From: Candidatus Bathyarchaeia archaeon
GTDB lineage: Archaea; Thermoproteota; Bathyarchaeia; Bathyarchaeales; Bathycorpusculaceae
Assembly: GCA_038882955.1 (NCBI GenBank)
Contig: JAVZNC010000002.1
Location: 192,001-256,000, forward strand
DNA length: 64,000 nucleotides
Direction of reading: 5' to 3'
Shown: piece after piece, positions 1 through 10,301 of the stretch
How positions within the stretch are numbered: position 1 is the stretch's first letter
Layout of the letters: the number at the start of each line of letters is the position of its first letter
Translations under genes and position numbers: made by a program
Notes under the pieces: generated by a model
Seen by the model: the letters and a program-made list of their open reading frames with translations, nothing else
The model's database searches: none
What the model was told of the DNA's origin: nothing

Positions 1-1
1 T

Positions 2-256
2 GGCTTTGTAGGAAGACTCGCCCTAGAACTCGTAAATTTGAGCAACGACCGCTGCCCAATCACTATTAAGCGTGGAGACCCATTCATGCATATAGAATTT
101 GAGACAAGGGACGGCGAACCCGCACCATACATGGGCGAATATCAATTCCAATACTTGACAGATGACGAGGTACGCATGTATGTTCCAATTTTAAAGAAGG
201 TTTTTCCAAACTATGATGAACTTGCAAAAATATGGCTGAAAGGTAGAAGATTGTAG
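2..256 (+). CDS. dcd: dCTP deaminase, C-terminal part (truncated by window edge)
   Basis: Frame is open from nt 2: GFVGRLALELVNLS..PITIKRGDPFMHIEF..PY.GEYQ, matching the GF.G.L.LEL.N and Y.G.YQ motifs of the dCTP deaminase/dUTPase family. Confidence 0.75.
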   Translation, partial: GFVGRLALELVNLSNDRCPITIKRGDPFMHIEFETRDGEPAPYMGEYQFQYLTDDEVRMYVPILKKVFPNYDELAKIWLKGRRL

Positions 257-361
257 CGCCATTAATTTAGAAACAATATTTTAAATTCATAACTTTAATC
301 AAAACATTTTCTCAACAAATCGTTTAAATATAACGGTTCTGGTATGCTGAAGGGGAACTGT

Positions 362-880
362 ATGCGCGCAAAAAACTACAGAGAAGTAAAAGGTCAGCCC
401 TACACTAGGCGAGAGTTTGTAAAGGGTTTCCCTCAACCCAAAATAACAAAATTTACAATGGGAAATACAAAAGTGCAATTTGAATATGAAGCTAAACTTA
501 TAGCACTTGAAAAAGCCCAAATCCGCCACAACGCCCTTGAGGCGGCACGTGTGGCTACAAACCGTCTTCTCATGGAGAAGCTTTCAGACAATTACCGATT
601 ACAAGTCAATCCATATCCACACGTAATCCTTAGAGAAAACAAGATGATTTTTGGTGCTCATGCGGACCGCCTACAAGACGGTATGCGCAGAGCATTTGGA
701 AAGCCCATAGGAACTGCAGCCCGCATTGAGCCTAAACAAGCAATAATTACTGTTTGTGTTAACGCGGATGGACTTGAAGTTGCAAAAGAAGCCTTAAGGC
801 GAGGAAGCGCAAAGCTTCCAATACCTTGTAGAATAGTAATCGAAAAAGTCCAGAAAGAAGAGGTGAAAAACATTGGCTGA
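362..880 (+). CDS. rpl10e: 50S ribosomal protein L10e (uL16)
   Basis: QIRHNALEAAR, RENKM..GA.ADRLQDGMR.AFGKP.G motifs; start taken at MRAKNYR (362). Confidence 0.97.
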   Translation: MRAKNYREVKGQPYTRREFVKGFPQPKITKFTMGNTKVQFEYEAKLIALEKAQIRHNALEAARVATNRLLMEKLSDNYRLQVNPYPHVILRENKMIFGAHADRLQDGMRRAFGKPIGTAARIEPKQAIITVCVNADGLEVAKEALRRGSAKLPIPCRIVIEKVQKEEVKNIG

Positions 881-3344
881 AATGAAAAAAGATTTAGTAA
901 TATGGTTCGAAAACCTAAGAAAAACAGACATACCCTCAGTCGGTGGCAAAAACGCCAATCTAGGCGAAATGACCAGCGCTGGCATACCCGTCCCTCCAGG
1001 CTTTGCCGTTACCGCCTATGCCTACAAACGCTTCATTGAAGAAACGGGAATAGCCGCAAAAATATATGAACTAATACGTGAAACCGTTACAAACCCAAGC
1101 GATCCGAAACAATACGAGATAGCCTCAAAAAAGATTCGTGAACTGATAGAAGCAACACCTGTACCAAAAGAAATTGAAAGCGCCATTAGAATAGCCTACG
1201 AAGAGCTATGCAAACGACTCAATATGAAAGACGTTTTTGTCGCCGTAAGGTCAAGCGCCACAGCTGAAGACTTGCCAGACGCATCTTTTGCTGGGCAACA
1301 AGAAACGTACCTCAATGTTAAAGGTGCCGACGAAGTTGTGGAAAAAACCTTGAAATGCTGGTCAAGCCTGTTCACGCCGCGTGCAATCTTTTATCGCTCA
1401 GAAAAAGGCTTTGCTCATGAAAAAGTCTTCATAAGTGTGGGCATCCAAAAAATGGTTAACTCTAAAGCTGCTGGTGTCATGTTCACCATAAACCCCGTTA
1501 CTGGCGACCCAGACCAAATAGTAATCGAGGGTAATTACGGGCTAGGCGAAGCTGTTGTTTCTGGTGCTGTGACCCCCGATGACTTTATTATTGACAAGAG
1601 AACATTGAAGGTTATTGAGAAGCATATAGCAAAGAAAACCGTTCAGTACATACGTGACCCAAAAACTGGAAAAACGGTTCATGTTGAAGTTCCCCCAGAA
1701 AAACAGGAGCAATCATGCCTAAACGATGAGGAAATACTTAAACTGGCAGAACTGGCAAAGCGAATAGAGCAGCATTACGGAAAAGCTCAAGACATAGAAT
1801 GGGCAATCGACAGCGACCTGTCGTTCCCAAACAATGTCTTCATCGTACAGTCAAGACCTGAGACCGTTTGGAGCGCAAAGGCTGCGCAGCTTCCAGAAAA
1901 GGAAGTTGTGGAAAAGTCTGCTGAGATGCTTAAGGTGGTTGTTAAGGGCATAGCTGCGGGCAAGAGAGGTTTTGGCGTGGGTGTGGCAAGAGTGGTTTTG
2001 AACCCGCAGGAAGCCGCGAAAGTTATGCAAAAAGGCGATATTCTAGTAACGGATATGACTAATCCAGATTACGTGCCGTTCATGAAACTTGCAGGCGCAA
2101 TAGTGACAGACAAAGGCGGTGTTACATGCCATGCAGCCATCGTTAGCCGTGAACTTGGCATACCATGCGTTGTCGGAACAGAAAACGCCACAAAACTTAT
2201 GGTTACAGGTAAAGAGTACACGGTGGACGCGAGAAGCGGCGTCGTTTATGAAGGTGCTCTGCCAACACTGACGGAGCAGCTTTCATCATCTGCTGCAACT
2301 GCTTCCCCAACTACTCCCTCTGGTGGAGGAATCGTCTATTCGGTACCAGTAACTGCAACAAAAATATACATGAACTTGGGTGTTCCAGAAAAGATAGAAG
2401 ATTACAAGGATCTGCCGTTCGAAGGCATTGGGCTGATGCGCATAGAGTTTATCCTAGCCAGCTACATAGGCGAGCATCCGTTATACCTCGTTGAAACTGG
2501 GCAATCACAGAAGTTTGTTGACAAGCTTGCAGAGGGAATAGCCACTGTTGCAAGGGCTATACAGCCACGCCCAGTGGTCGTTCGCTTTAGCGACTTCAAA
2601 ACTAATGAGTATAGGGAGTTGAAGGGCGGCGAGAAATATGAGATTGTCGAGGCAAACCCGATGCTTGGATGGAGAGGCTGCAGCCGCTACATAAGCCCAT
2701 GGTATGAAAAAGCTTTCAGACTTGAATGCCAAGCAATAAACAAATGTAGAAAGGAATGGGGACTCAAGAACGTTTGGGTTATGCTTCCAGTTGTTCGCAC
2801 AGTATGGGAAGCCAAAAAATGTCTAGAAATTATGCGCGAGGAAGGCTTGGAAAGGTCAAGAGACTTCCAAGTTTGGTTCATGGCTGAAACACCTTCCATC
2901 GCGATACTTGCAGACGAATTTTCAAAGCTTTGCGATGGCTTTTCGATAGGCTCAAACGACATGACGCAAGGCATATTGATGATTGACAGAGATTCAGAAC
3001 GCTTGGGACAAATGGGATACTTCGACGAAAGAGACCCAGCGGTAAAAAGAATAATCGCCCACCTAATCAAAGTGGCACACGCTAACGGCTGCACTGTATC
3101 AATATGCGGAGAAGGTCCATCGAACTTGCCGGACTTTACGGAATTCCTTGTAAGGGCTGGAATCGACAGCATATCCGTCAACGCAGACGCTGTTGTTGCA
3201 ACCAAAAAGCTTGTTGCAAGCATAGAGCAAAAGTTAATCCTTGAGCAGCTTGCAGAACAAAAGGAGAGAACCCTCGGGCGTCCACAAAGGAAACCGAAAC
3301 GCGAATGGGAATGGGCGCCTCACTGGGATGAAACGACAGAATAA
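873..3344 (+). CDS. ppsA: Phosphoenolpyruvate synthase (pyruvate,water dikinase)
   Basis: VGGKNANLGE, AVRSSATAEDLPDASFAGQQETYLN, phospho-His motif GGVTCHAAIVSRELG, FSIGSNDMTQ, SICGE. Confidence 0.97.
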   Translation: MAEMKKDLVIWFENLRKTDIPSVGGKNANLGEMTSAGIPVPPGFAVTAYAYKRFIEETGIAAKIYELIRETVTNPSDPKQYEIASKKIRELIEATPVPKEIESAIRIAYEELCKRLNMKDVFVAVRSSATAEDLPDASFAGQQETYLNVKGADEVVEKTLKCWSSLFTPRAIFYRSEKGFAHEKVFISVGIQKMVNSKAAGVMFTINPVTGDPDQIVIEGNYGLGEAVVSGAVTPDDFIIDKRTLKVIEKHIAKKTVQYIRDPKTGKTVHVEVPPEKQEQSCLNDEEILKLAELAKRIEQHYGKAQDIEWAIDSDLSFPNNVFIVQSRPETVWSAKAAQLPEKEVVEKSAEMLKVVVKGIAAGKRGFGVGVARVVLNPQEAAKVMQKGDILVTDMTNPDYVPFMKLAGAIVTDKGGVTCHAAIVSRELGIPCVVGTENATKLMVTGKEYTVDARSGVVYEGALPTLTEQLSSSAATASPTTPSGGGIVYSVPVTATKIYMNLGVPEKIEDYKDLPFEGIGLMRIEFILASYIGEHPLYLVETGQSQKFVDKLAEGIATVARAIQPRPVVVRFSDFKTNEYRELKGGEKYEIVEANPMLGWRGCSRYISPWYEKAFRLECQAINKCRKEWGLKNVWVMLPVVRTVWEAKKCLEIMREEGLERSRDFQVWFMAETPSIAILADEFSKLCDGFSIGSNDMTQGILMIDRDSERLGQMGYFDERDPAVKRIIAHLIKVAHANGCTVSICGEGPSNLPDFTEFLVRAGIDSISVNADAVVATKKLVASIEQKLILEQLAEQKERTLGRPQRKPKREWEWAPHWDETTE

Positions 3345-3395
3345 AAGATGATGCACTCTTCAACCTTTATTTTTCAAGTTTAAGGGCTTGATTAA

Positions 3396-4397
3396 ATGAG
3401 ACTTTTCGACCTTGAAGAGGAAAGAATAAAGAGGGAAATACAAAGGCTTGGGGCAAAACGCGTTTTAATTCAACTTCCAGAAGGCTTGAAGTCAGAAGCG
3501 CCACGACTGGCAAAAATTATTGAAAGGGCTGGAGCACTGCCAATAATTTCCGCAGATCCATGCTATGGGGCATGTGACTTAGCAACGGTTGATGCGGAAA
3601 GTTTGGGCGCTGACTTACTAATTCATTATGGGCATTCTAAAATGTTAAGGCATGAGCGTGTTCCCACGGTTTATGTTGAAGCTAGGGCAACCGTGAATGT
3701 TGAAGCGGCAGTTGAAAGCGCTTTGCCCTTGCTTGAAAAGTGGCGCAAGATAGGATTAGCAACAACAGTGCAGCATGTACAAACAATAGACAACGCTAAA
3801 GACGTGCTGCTGCATGCTGGAAAAGCCGTTATCGTAGGCGATGCTGGACAACTAAACTATCCTGGACAAGTTATTGGCTGCAACTACAGCAACGCAACGT
3901 CGATAGCAAAAGACGTTGAAGCTTTCCTGTTCATAGGCGGTGGACGCTTCCACGCAATAGGTGTTGCTCTTTCAACCTCTAAACCCACAATCGTTGCAGA
4001 CCCATATGAAACGGCAGCTTTTTCTATTGACAAGGACGCAGAGAAAATAGTAAAGCAGCGGTGGGCTAGCATAGAGGAAGCCAAACAAGCGAGAAACGTA
4101 GCTGTTTTGGTGGGTTTGAAACCTGGACAAAAACAGCTTGAGAAAGCAGTGAATTTGAAGCAGAAGCTTGAAGAGAAGGGCAAAAGCGTATGCCTCTTTG
4201 CTGTTAGAGAGGTCACCCCAGAAGTGTTAATGGAGTTTCCAGCGATAGACGCCTACGTAAACACTGCGTGTCCAAGGATATCGCTTGACGACTCTTCCAG
4301 ATTCAAAAAGCCGATATTAACGGTGAACGAAGCCTTAGCTGTAGTCGACAAATTATCTTGGGAAGAGTTATGCAAAAGAGGCTGGTTCGAAAACTAG
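3396..4397 (+). CDS. dph2: Diphthamide biosynthesis 2-(3-amino-3-carboxypropyl)histidine synthase
   Basis: QLPEGLK, PCYGACD, HYGHS, GQVIGC, GGGRFH, TACPRI Fe-S ligand motifs. Confidence 0.95.
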   Translation: MRLFDLEEERIKREIQRLGAKRVLIQLPEGLKSEAPRLAKIIERAGALPIISADPCYGACDLATVDAESLGADLLIHYGHSKMLRHERVPTVYVEARATVNVEAAVESALPLLEKWRKIGLATTVQHVQTIDNAKDVLLHAGKAVIVGDAGQLNYPGQVIGCNYSNATSIAKDVEAFLFIGGGRFHAIGVALSTSKPTIVADPYETAAFSIDKDAEKIVKQRWASIEEAKQARNVAVLVGLKPGQKQLEKAVNLKQKLEEKGKSVCLFAVREVTPEVLMEFPAIDAYVNTACPRISLDDSSRFKKPILTVNEALAVVDKLSWEELCKRGWFEN

Positions 4398-5056
4398 ATC
4401 TTGAGTTATTGCTGTCCCAAATTCAGCAGCATCCATCCCCCAAAGCAAATCTTGAACAGTACACAATTCCAGTGGATGTTGCAGCAACAATGCTTTACAT
4501 GGCAGCCTACACTTACGATGATATTGCCGATAAAACCGTTGTGGACATGGGTTGCGGCACTGGGCGACTGGCTCTTGGAGCAGCATTTTTAGGGGCTAAA
4601 GAAGTGGTGGGCATAGACATCGATAAGACAGCCATAAAATTGGCTTTCGAAAATTCTGTCAAACTGAAATTAAAAAATGGGGTACAATGGATTAACGCTG
4701 ACATAAGCACTGTTCGTGGAAAATTTGACACGGTATTGCAAAATCCACCGTTTGGCGTGCAGAAACGCAAGGCTGATGCAAAGTTTCTGGAAAAAGCTTT
4801 GGCAACAGGCAAAAGGGTATATTCGCTTCATAAAAGCCCTTGTAAAGACAAAAGATTCATGAAAAAGGTGGAAGCATCAACATCTGGTTTTGTTGCAGCA
4901 GCACCTTCTTCATTTATCGAGGATTTCGTTGAAAGCGTAGGTGGAAAGATAATCGCGGCATATTCTATGGTGATGACTATCCCACACATGTTTCCATTCC
5001 ACACAAAAAAGAGGCATAGCTTCCTTGTGGATTTATATATTATCGAGAAATTTTGA
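4370..5056 (+). CDS. METTL5-family N6-adenine RNA methyltransferase
   Basis: LEQY.IP, DMGCGTG, QNPPFG, YSLHK, F.FHTKK motifs; follows dph2 as in many archaea. Confidence 0.9.
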   Translation: MQKRLVRKLDLELLLSQIQQHPSPKANLEQYTIPVDVAATMLYMAAYTYDDIADKTVVDMGCGTGRLALGAAFLGAKEVVGIDIDKTAIKLAFENSVKLKLKNGVQWINADISTVRGKFDTVLQNPPFGVQKRKADAKFLEKALATGKRVYSLHKSPCKDKRFMKKVEASTSGFVAAAPSSFIEDFVESVGGKIIAAYSMVMTIPHMFPFHTKKRHSFLVDLYIIEKF

Positions 5057-5166
5057 AATCAAAAGGTTTATTGACTTGCGCGATAAACTACATTGGTGCT
5101 ATGCAAGTTTAACATTTGCAATATTGCAAAGTAACTTGAATTTGGAATGGTGAAAAGGGAATTTAA

Positions 5167-5748
5167 ATGAGCTTCGATGACAAGAATCGAGAAAGCGGCA
5201 AATTTGTGTTGCCTGGAGAGCGGCTGGGCGTTATTGAAGAGTTCATTCCGGACACTGGAACATACGTTAAAGATGGAGTGATATACGCCAAAGTTGTTGG
5301 AAGAGCTTTGCTTGACCTTTTTAATAAGCGTGTTTCAGTTTACCCGCTAATACGTGGTTCAAGAGTGCCAAACGTTGGGAGCATAGTTTTAGGGCAAGTG
5401 GCAAGCGTCCAAAATGAAAATGCGGCTGTGCGAATTTTTAAGGTCGGAGGCAGAATGCTTTCCGGATTATTTACTGGCATTCTTCACGTGTCTGACGTTC
5501 AAATGCGATATGTGGAATCAATGTATGACGTTTGCAAGCCAGGCGACATAATGAGAGCCAAAGTCATAAGCGACAAAAACAGAGTTTACCATCTGTCCAT
5601 TAAAGACAGAAATTTAGGCGTTATTTATGCCTTCTGTTCACAATGCGGGTTCATGCTAGGATTATGGCGACATGCAATGCGATGTCCCAAATGTGGAAAA
5701 GTTGAAAAGCGCAAAACAGCCTTAGATTATGGAAAAGGGGTTGTCTAA
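5167..5748 (+). CDS. csl4: Exosome complex RNA-binding protein Csl4
   Basis: VLPGE.LG..EE, S1 domain, LGVIYAFCSQCG...CPKCG..EKRK zinc ribbon. Confidence 0.95.
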   Translation: MSFDDKNRESGKFVLPGERLGVIEEFIPDTGTYVKDGVIYAKVVGRALLDLFNKRVSVYPLIRGSRVPNVGSIVLGQVASVQNENAAVRIFKVGGRMLSGLFTGILHVSDVQMRYVESMYDVCKPGDIMRAKVISDKNRVYHLSIKDRNLGVIYAFCSQCGFMLGLWRHAMRCPKCGKVEKRKTALDYGKGVV

Positions 5749-6033
5749 TTGAAAATCAAAGTTTTGAAAGAAACTTCAAACGAGCTTAAAATTGAAGTAG
5801 AAGGCATTGGACACACGCTGTGCAACATATTACAGAAAATATTATCAGAAGACGAGAACGTGGATTTGGCAGGCTACGATATACCACATCCACTAGCATC
5901 AAATCCAGTAATATACGTTCGGACAAAAGGAAAAGCAAAACCAGAAGAGGCTCTTTTAAAGGCTATAGAAAAGGCACGCAACATAAACAAAGAATTTAGA
6001 GAAGAGTTGGAAAGAGCCCTTAAGAAAACCTAA
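5749..6033 (+). CDS. rpoL: DNA-directed RNA polymerase subunit L (Rpo11)
   Basis: GHTLCN, AGYDIPHPL motifs; follows csl4. Confidence 0.95.
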   Translation: MKIKVLKETSNELKIEVEGIGHTLCNILQKILSEDENVDLAGYDIPHPLASNPVIYVRTKGKAKPEEALLKAIEKARNINKEFREELERALKKT

Positions 6034-6433
6034 TTTTGCTCTTTATCTCCATCAGCAACTGGCTAAATCCTTCCACAGGATTATCGAACTTTTCTAGGAC
6101 AGACACGCTTTCTTCCAATGCGACAATATTGTGAAGCCAAGCATAAACTATCAACGCTTCAGCAGCATCCGCAAGGGAGTGTCGCTCCATCTTAGATGGC
6201 AAAAATTCCCTCAAAGCCGCCTTTTTGATGGCTTCAGCAAGAATGCTTCCCTTAACCTTAGCGCCAGACGGCACGCGCCTCTTATTTGACAATACCAAAG
6301 CATAAACAAAGTTCACATACGCGTCGCCCAACGATGCAAGCTTATGATCTGTTAAAACTTCGGACAAGTTCTTGTAAGTTCTTACAAACGGAAACGTCTT
6401 GCTTTTCCCATTCATTCGCTTCCCTGCTTCCAT
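6020..6433 (-). CDS. Archaeal ribonuclease III-domain protein
   Basis: LASLGDAYVNF and ADAAEALI resemble the RNase III signature and catalytic helices; converges on rpoL. Confidence 0.75.
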   Translation of the reverse strand: MEAGKRMNGKSKTFPFVRTYKNLSEVLTDHKLASLGDAYVNFVYALVLSNKRRVPSGAKVKGSILAEAIKKAALREFLPSKMERHSLADAAEALIVYAWLHNIVALEESVSVLEKFDNPVEGFSQLLMEIKSKIRFS

Positions 6434-6492
6434 ACAATATTACTAGTTAAGCTTATAATGCCTTATCCAATACTCTTTTTCTGGCGAGATGC

Positions 6493-7080
6493 TTGTTTTG
6501 TAAGAAATTTCGAGTAATTAAACCTGAAATTCGCGTGCTAGGCGTGGATGACGGCGTATTTGTCCCCCGCAAAAGGGGACTCGTGCAAGTCGTGGGAGTA
6601 GTCTTCCGCGGCGGATACTGGCTTGACGGGGTCATGCACACGAAAGTTGAAGTGGACGGGTTTGACGCCACCCAAAAAATATCACGTATGGTGCTTAACT
6701 CGCCACACTACAAGCAGTTAAGAGTCATAATGCTTAATGGTATAACCTTCGCAGGCTTTAACGTCATAGACATAAAGGAACTTTTCACGAAAACAAATCT
6801 CCCAATAATAGCAGTAACAAAGGAAAAACCAAACCTCAAAGAAATCCATGAAGCGCTTAAAAAATTACCAAGAAGCGAAGAAAGATGGAAAGCAATCCAA
6901 AATGCTGGCGAAATACACGAAGTTTTCACAAGAAACAAAAACGAGAAAATCTACATGCAAGTTTCTGGCATATTAAAAGAGGACGCCGAAAAAATTTTAC
7001 AACTAACCTCAACAAGGAGTAACATTCCCGAGGCCCTGCGTGTGGCACACCTCATAGCATCTGGAATAAGTAATGTTTAG
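6493..7080 (+). CDS. DUF99 family protein (endonuclease V-like fold)
   Basis: IRVLGVDDG, VDGFDAT, GITFAGFN, IPEALRVAHLIA. Confidence 0.9.
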   Translation: MFCKKFRVIKPEIRVLGVDDGVFVPRKRGLVQVVGVVFRGGYWLDGVMHTKVEVDGFDATQKISRMVLNSPHYKQLRVIMLNGITFAGFNVIDIKELFTKTNLPIIAVTKEKPNLKEIHEALKKLPRSEERWKAIQNAGEIHEVFTRNKNEKIYMQVSGILKEDAEKILQLTSTRSNIPEALRVAHLIASGISNV

Positions 7081-7160
7081 CCCTAATACTTATTCAAGCA
7101 AGAAAAGGTTTAAAAGGAGCCAAGTTAAGGAAAAAGAGACGAAAAGCGGAGTAAAAGGCT

Positions 7161-7511
7161 ATGGAATTTTGTCCCAAATGTGGTTCTCGTCTAGTGCCAA
7201 AGAAGAGTAAAGGCGGAAAGGAATCGTCAGTTGTAATGGCTTGTCCAAAATGCGGTTACAAGAAGGCCCCTCCGAAAAAGGTTGAACCGAAAGTAGCAAA
7301 GGTAATAGAGCACAAGCCCCAGCAACTTGTTGCGGTTATAGGTAAAGAAGAGCAGAAACTTCGTACGCTACCAACAGTGCGCGTTGAATGTCCAAAATGC
7401 GGAAACAACACAGCCTATGTTTGGCAAGTACAAACGCGAGGCGCCGACGAATCTTCGACGCAATTTCTGCGCTGCACAAAATGTGGCTACACGTTCAGGG
7501 AATACTCATAA
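7161..7511 (+). CDS. tfs: Transcription elongation factor TFS
   Basis: Two zinc ribbons; QTRGADE acidic hairpin. Confidence 0.95.
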   Translation: MEFCPKCGSRLVPKKSKGGKESSVVMACPKCGYKKAPPKKVEPKVAKVIEHKPQQLVAVIGKEEQKLRTLPTVRVECPKCGNNTAYVWQVQTRGADESSTQFLRCTKCGYTFREYS

Positions 7512-7609
7512 ACCTTCAGAAAAAAGCCATATTTATTTCCTAAACAAAGTTTTAAAAGTATAGTAAAGCCTTTTATTGTTAACCACATACCATTAGAAGA
7601 GGGATTACG

Positions 7610-8365
7610 ATGTTCCGAATCAAAGTTTCAGACGCCAAACTATTACGGGACATGGCAACAGCCATATCCATACTCGTAGACGAAGCAACATTCAAAATCG
7701 AACCAGAAGGACTAAAACTAAGGGCCATGGACCCATCCCGCGTTGCAATGGTTGACTTTGAATGGCCTAAGACAGTGTTCGAAGAGTACGAATGCACGGA
7801 ACCAACAAAAATGTGCATAAATATAAGTGAACTGCTGAAATTACTGAAAAGGACAGGTAAGGACGAGGTTGTTGAGCTTTTTCTCGACGAGAAAACTGGA
7901 CGCTTGCAGGTGAAGATAACTGGTAAATATGCAAGAAACTTTACAATGCCAACGCTTGAGGCTTCCGAAGAGGAGGTTCCAACACCAAAACTAACCTTTA
8001 ACGTAAGAGCTAAAACAACAACCAACGGTTTAAGCCAAGCCATAGAAGACGCGCAACTCGTAAGCGACCATGTGCGCGTAGAAGCGGACAGCGAAAAACT
8101 AGTTTTTAACGCTTCTGGAGACCTAATGGGCGCCACAATAACGCTACAAAAGGGAAGCGATGCACTTTTAGATTTGGAAGTTAAAGAACCCTCCAAGGCG
8201 ACTTTCAGCCTAAGCTACCTTTCTGAAATCATAAAGGCCGCATCCGCAACATCAGAAGTTGTAACATTAGAATTTTCAAAAGACATGCCCATTAAACTCG
8301 ACTTTCAACAGGCAAAAGAAGGCAAACTAGTGTTTTATTTGGCTCCCAGAATCGAAACTGAATAA
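7610..8365 (+). CDS. pcn: PCNA sliding clamp
   Basis: AMDPSRVAMV, FSLSYL, FYLAPRIE. Confidence 0.97.
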   Translation: MFRIKVSDAKLLRDMATAISILVDEATFKIEPEGLKLRAMDPSRVAMVDFEWPKTVFEEYECTEPTKMCINISELLKLLKRTGKDEVVELFLDEKTGRLQVKITGKYARNFTMPTLEASEEEVPTPKLTFNVRAKTTTNGLSQAIEDAQLVSDHVRVEADSEKLVFNASGDLMGATITLQKGSDALLDLEVKEPSKATFSLSYLSEIIKAASATSEVVTLEFSKDMPIKLDFQQAKEGKLVFYLAPRIETE

Positions 8366-8366
8366 C

Positions 8367-9413
8367 GTGAACAAACAAATGCAATCTACAGCGAAATTTA
8401 CAAAAAGTGACTTGGCTAAATACCCCTTCCTCAAAGAAGCAGCTGAATACGTGAAAGGACTGGATTTTAAAGTTGAAGACTTGGTTGCCCCTCAGTTCAA
8501 CGCTGTTCTCAAACGTGCACAAGAAAGAATTGAAGAAGCTATATTATATGTGCTTGTCAGCGGGAACTCACGAAACGAAGATATAGAAATCCTATCCTTC
8601 CCAACTGCAATAATCTTGGCAATCGCAACAGAAAACTCCTTCATCAAAAAGAGATACGCCGTTGCAGAAGCAAAAAAGACTTTTAGCGACCTCAAACTTG
8701 AATTCAAAGAAAAGCTTTTGGCGATTGCACAAAACTTCGAGTGGAAAATATCCACAATAGACAATATTGCCTTTGCTCCATACGAGTTCACTTTAAGCTT
8801 CGCCGACTATCTAAGAAACACAACGCACCTGCGAGATAAAAAATGGAAACTCGTAAACCGCCTGCTATCCAAAGGAAACGTCTTCATAACCCGCGGCGAA
8901 GCCGCAAGACTGTTAAGCGAAGAAGCCCGCAAATACGTTGAAAAACGGCTAGAAGCGAAGGGCAAAATAAAGTTTCCAGCAGAAATCGTCGAAATAGCCG
9001 AGAAAATAAGAAAATTATCAATCGAGAAAGTAGGCGAAGCCGAAATTGAAGGCTTGCCAAAAACCGTTGTTAACGAAGCTTTTCCACCATGCATAAAAGC
9101 CCTCTACGAATCAATAACAGCCGGGCGACACTTATCACATGTTGGCAGGTTCACACTAACGTCTTTCCTAATAAGCATCGGTATGCCAACCGAAAGCGTC
9201 ATTGACCTATTCAAAAACTTCTCCGACTTCAACGAAAGAATGACCCACTACCAAGTCGAACACATCGCTGGCGAAAGAGGCTCAAGAATGCGTTATACTC
9301 CACCGAAATGTGAAACACTACAAACACATGGAGTTTGCATAAACCCGGATGAGATTTGCAAAACAATACGCCACCCACTGGGTTATTACAAGAGGAAAGT
9401 GCGGAAGGGCTGA
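8367..9413 (+). CDS. priL: DNA primase large subunit
   Basis: AKYPFL, FPPCI, HVGRF, YQVEHIAG, PPKC...C...C...HPLGYY Fe-S domain. Confidence 0.95.
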   Translation: MNKQMQSTAKFTKSDLAKYPFLKEAAEYVKGLDFKVEDLVAPQFNAVLKRAQERIEEAILYVLVSGNSRNEDIEILSFPTAIILAIATENSFIKKRYAVAEAKKTFSDLKLEFKEKLLAIAQNFEWKISTIDNIAFAPYEFTLSFADYLRNTTHLRDKKWKLVNRLLSKGNVFITRGEAARLLSEEARKYVEKRLEAKGKIKFPAEIVEIAEKIRKLSIEKVGEAEIEGLPKTVVNEAFPPCIKALYESITAGRHLSHVGRFTLTSFLISIGMPTESVIDLFKNFSDFNERMTHYQVEHIAGERGSRMRYTPPKCETLQTHGVCINPDEICKTIRHPLGYYKRKVRKG

Positions 9414-9499
9414 ACAAAACATACAAACTCCGTTTTTAGTGATAGATTTATATACGGAGTGCTGTTTTAAATGAAGACTATCTTGGTGAAGGACATACA

Positions 9500-10270
9500 A
9501 TGAATGTTAAGGAATGCTCTCCAGTCAGTCTAAATCTAATGGAAAATGTTGAAGGAGACCTGAATATAGTTTCTGATGTGGGTGTTATCCTCCCAACATA
9601 CTGTGAAGCTTCTAACATTAAAAATTTAATCGAAGAAATTGAAAGTTTAAATCTTAACGTTTCCATACTAGTAATAGACGATTCAAGCCCAGATGGAACA
9701 GCCAACATTGTTAGACAACTACAAGAAAATTACGATAACGTCTTGCTCTTTGTAAGACCAAAAAAGTCAGGGCTTGGGTCAGCAATAACCGATGGCTTTA
9801 AAATCTTTCTATCGCTCAAAAAATCACCAAGGTACATAATCACAATGGATGCCGACTATTCACATAACCCAAAAGATATTGTACGTTTAGTTTCAACTGC
9901 AAGAAACAACAATGATCTGGTTATAGGAAGCAGATATTGCATTGGTGGAAGAATACTTAGATGGAGTTTTTTCAGGTTTATTGTTAGTAAAGTAGCCAAC
10001 GGGTTGGCATCCCTTATTGTGCGGGCAGGAATAAAAGATTATACAAGCGGTTTGCGATGTTACTCAGCAATGCTCATTAATGAAATCATTCGCGATTTGC
10101 ACAGTCATACATACGAAATACAAATAGAAACGATCAAACAAGCTTCTAGAAGACGGTTCAATTTAACGGAGATCCCTATAACATTTGTTAACAGAAAGCG
10201 TGGTAAATCTAAACTTTCTGTCAATGAGATTAGAGACTTTGTATCCTACATTTTGAAAAACATTCTTTAA
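9500..10270 (+). CDS. GT2 polyprenol-phosphate mannose synthase-like glycosyltransferase
   Basis: LPTYCE, DDSSPDGT, GLGSA, MDADYSH, IGSRY, DYTSGLR, R.RGKSK. Confidence 0.9.
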   Translation: MNVKECSPVSLNLMENVEGDLNIVSDVGVILPTYCEASNIKNLIEEIESLNLNVSILVIDDSSPDGTANIVRQLQENYDNVLLFVRPKKSGLGSAITDGFKIFLSLKKSPRYIITMDADYSHNPKDIVRLVSTARNNNDLVIGSRYCIGGRILRWSFFRFIVSKVANGLASLIVRAGIKDYTSGLRCYSAMLINEIIRDLHSHTYEIQIETIKQASRRRFNLTEIPITFVNRKRGKSKLSVNEIRDFVSYILKNIL

Positions 10271-10301
10271 CAGCGTGGCTTTGCCAGAGTGATGCCTATA
10301 T

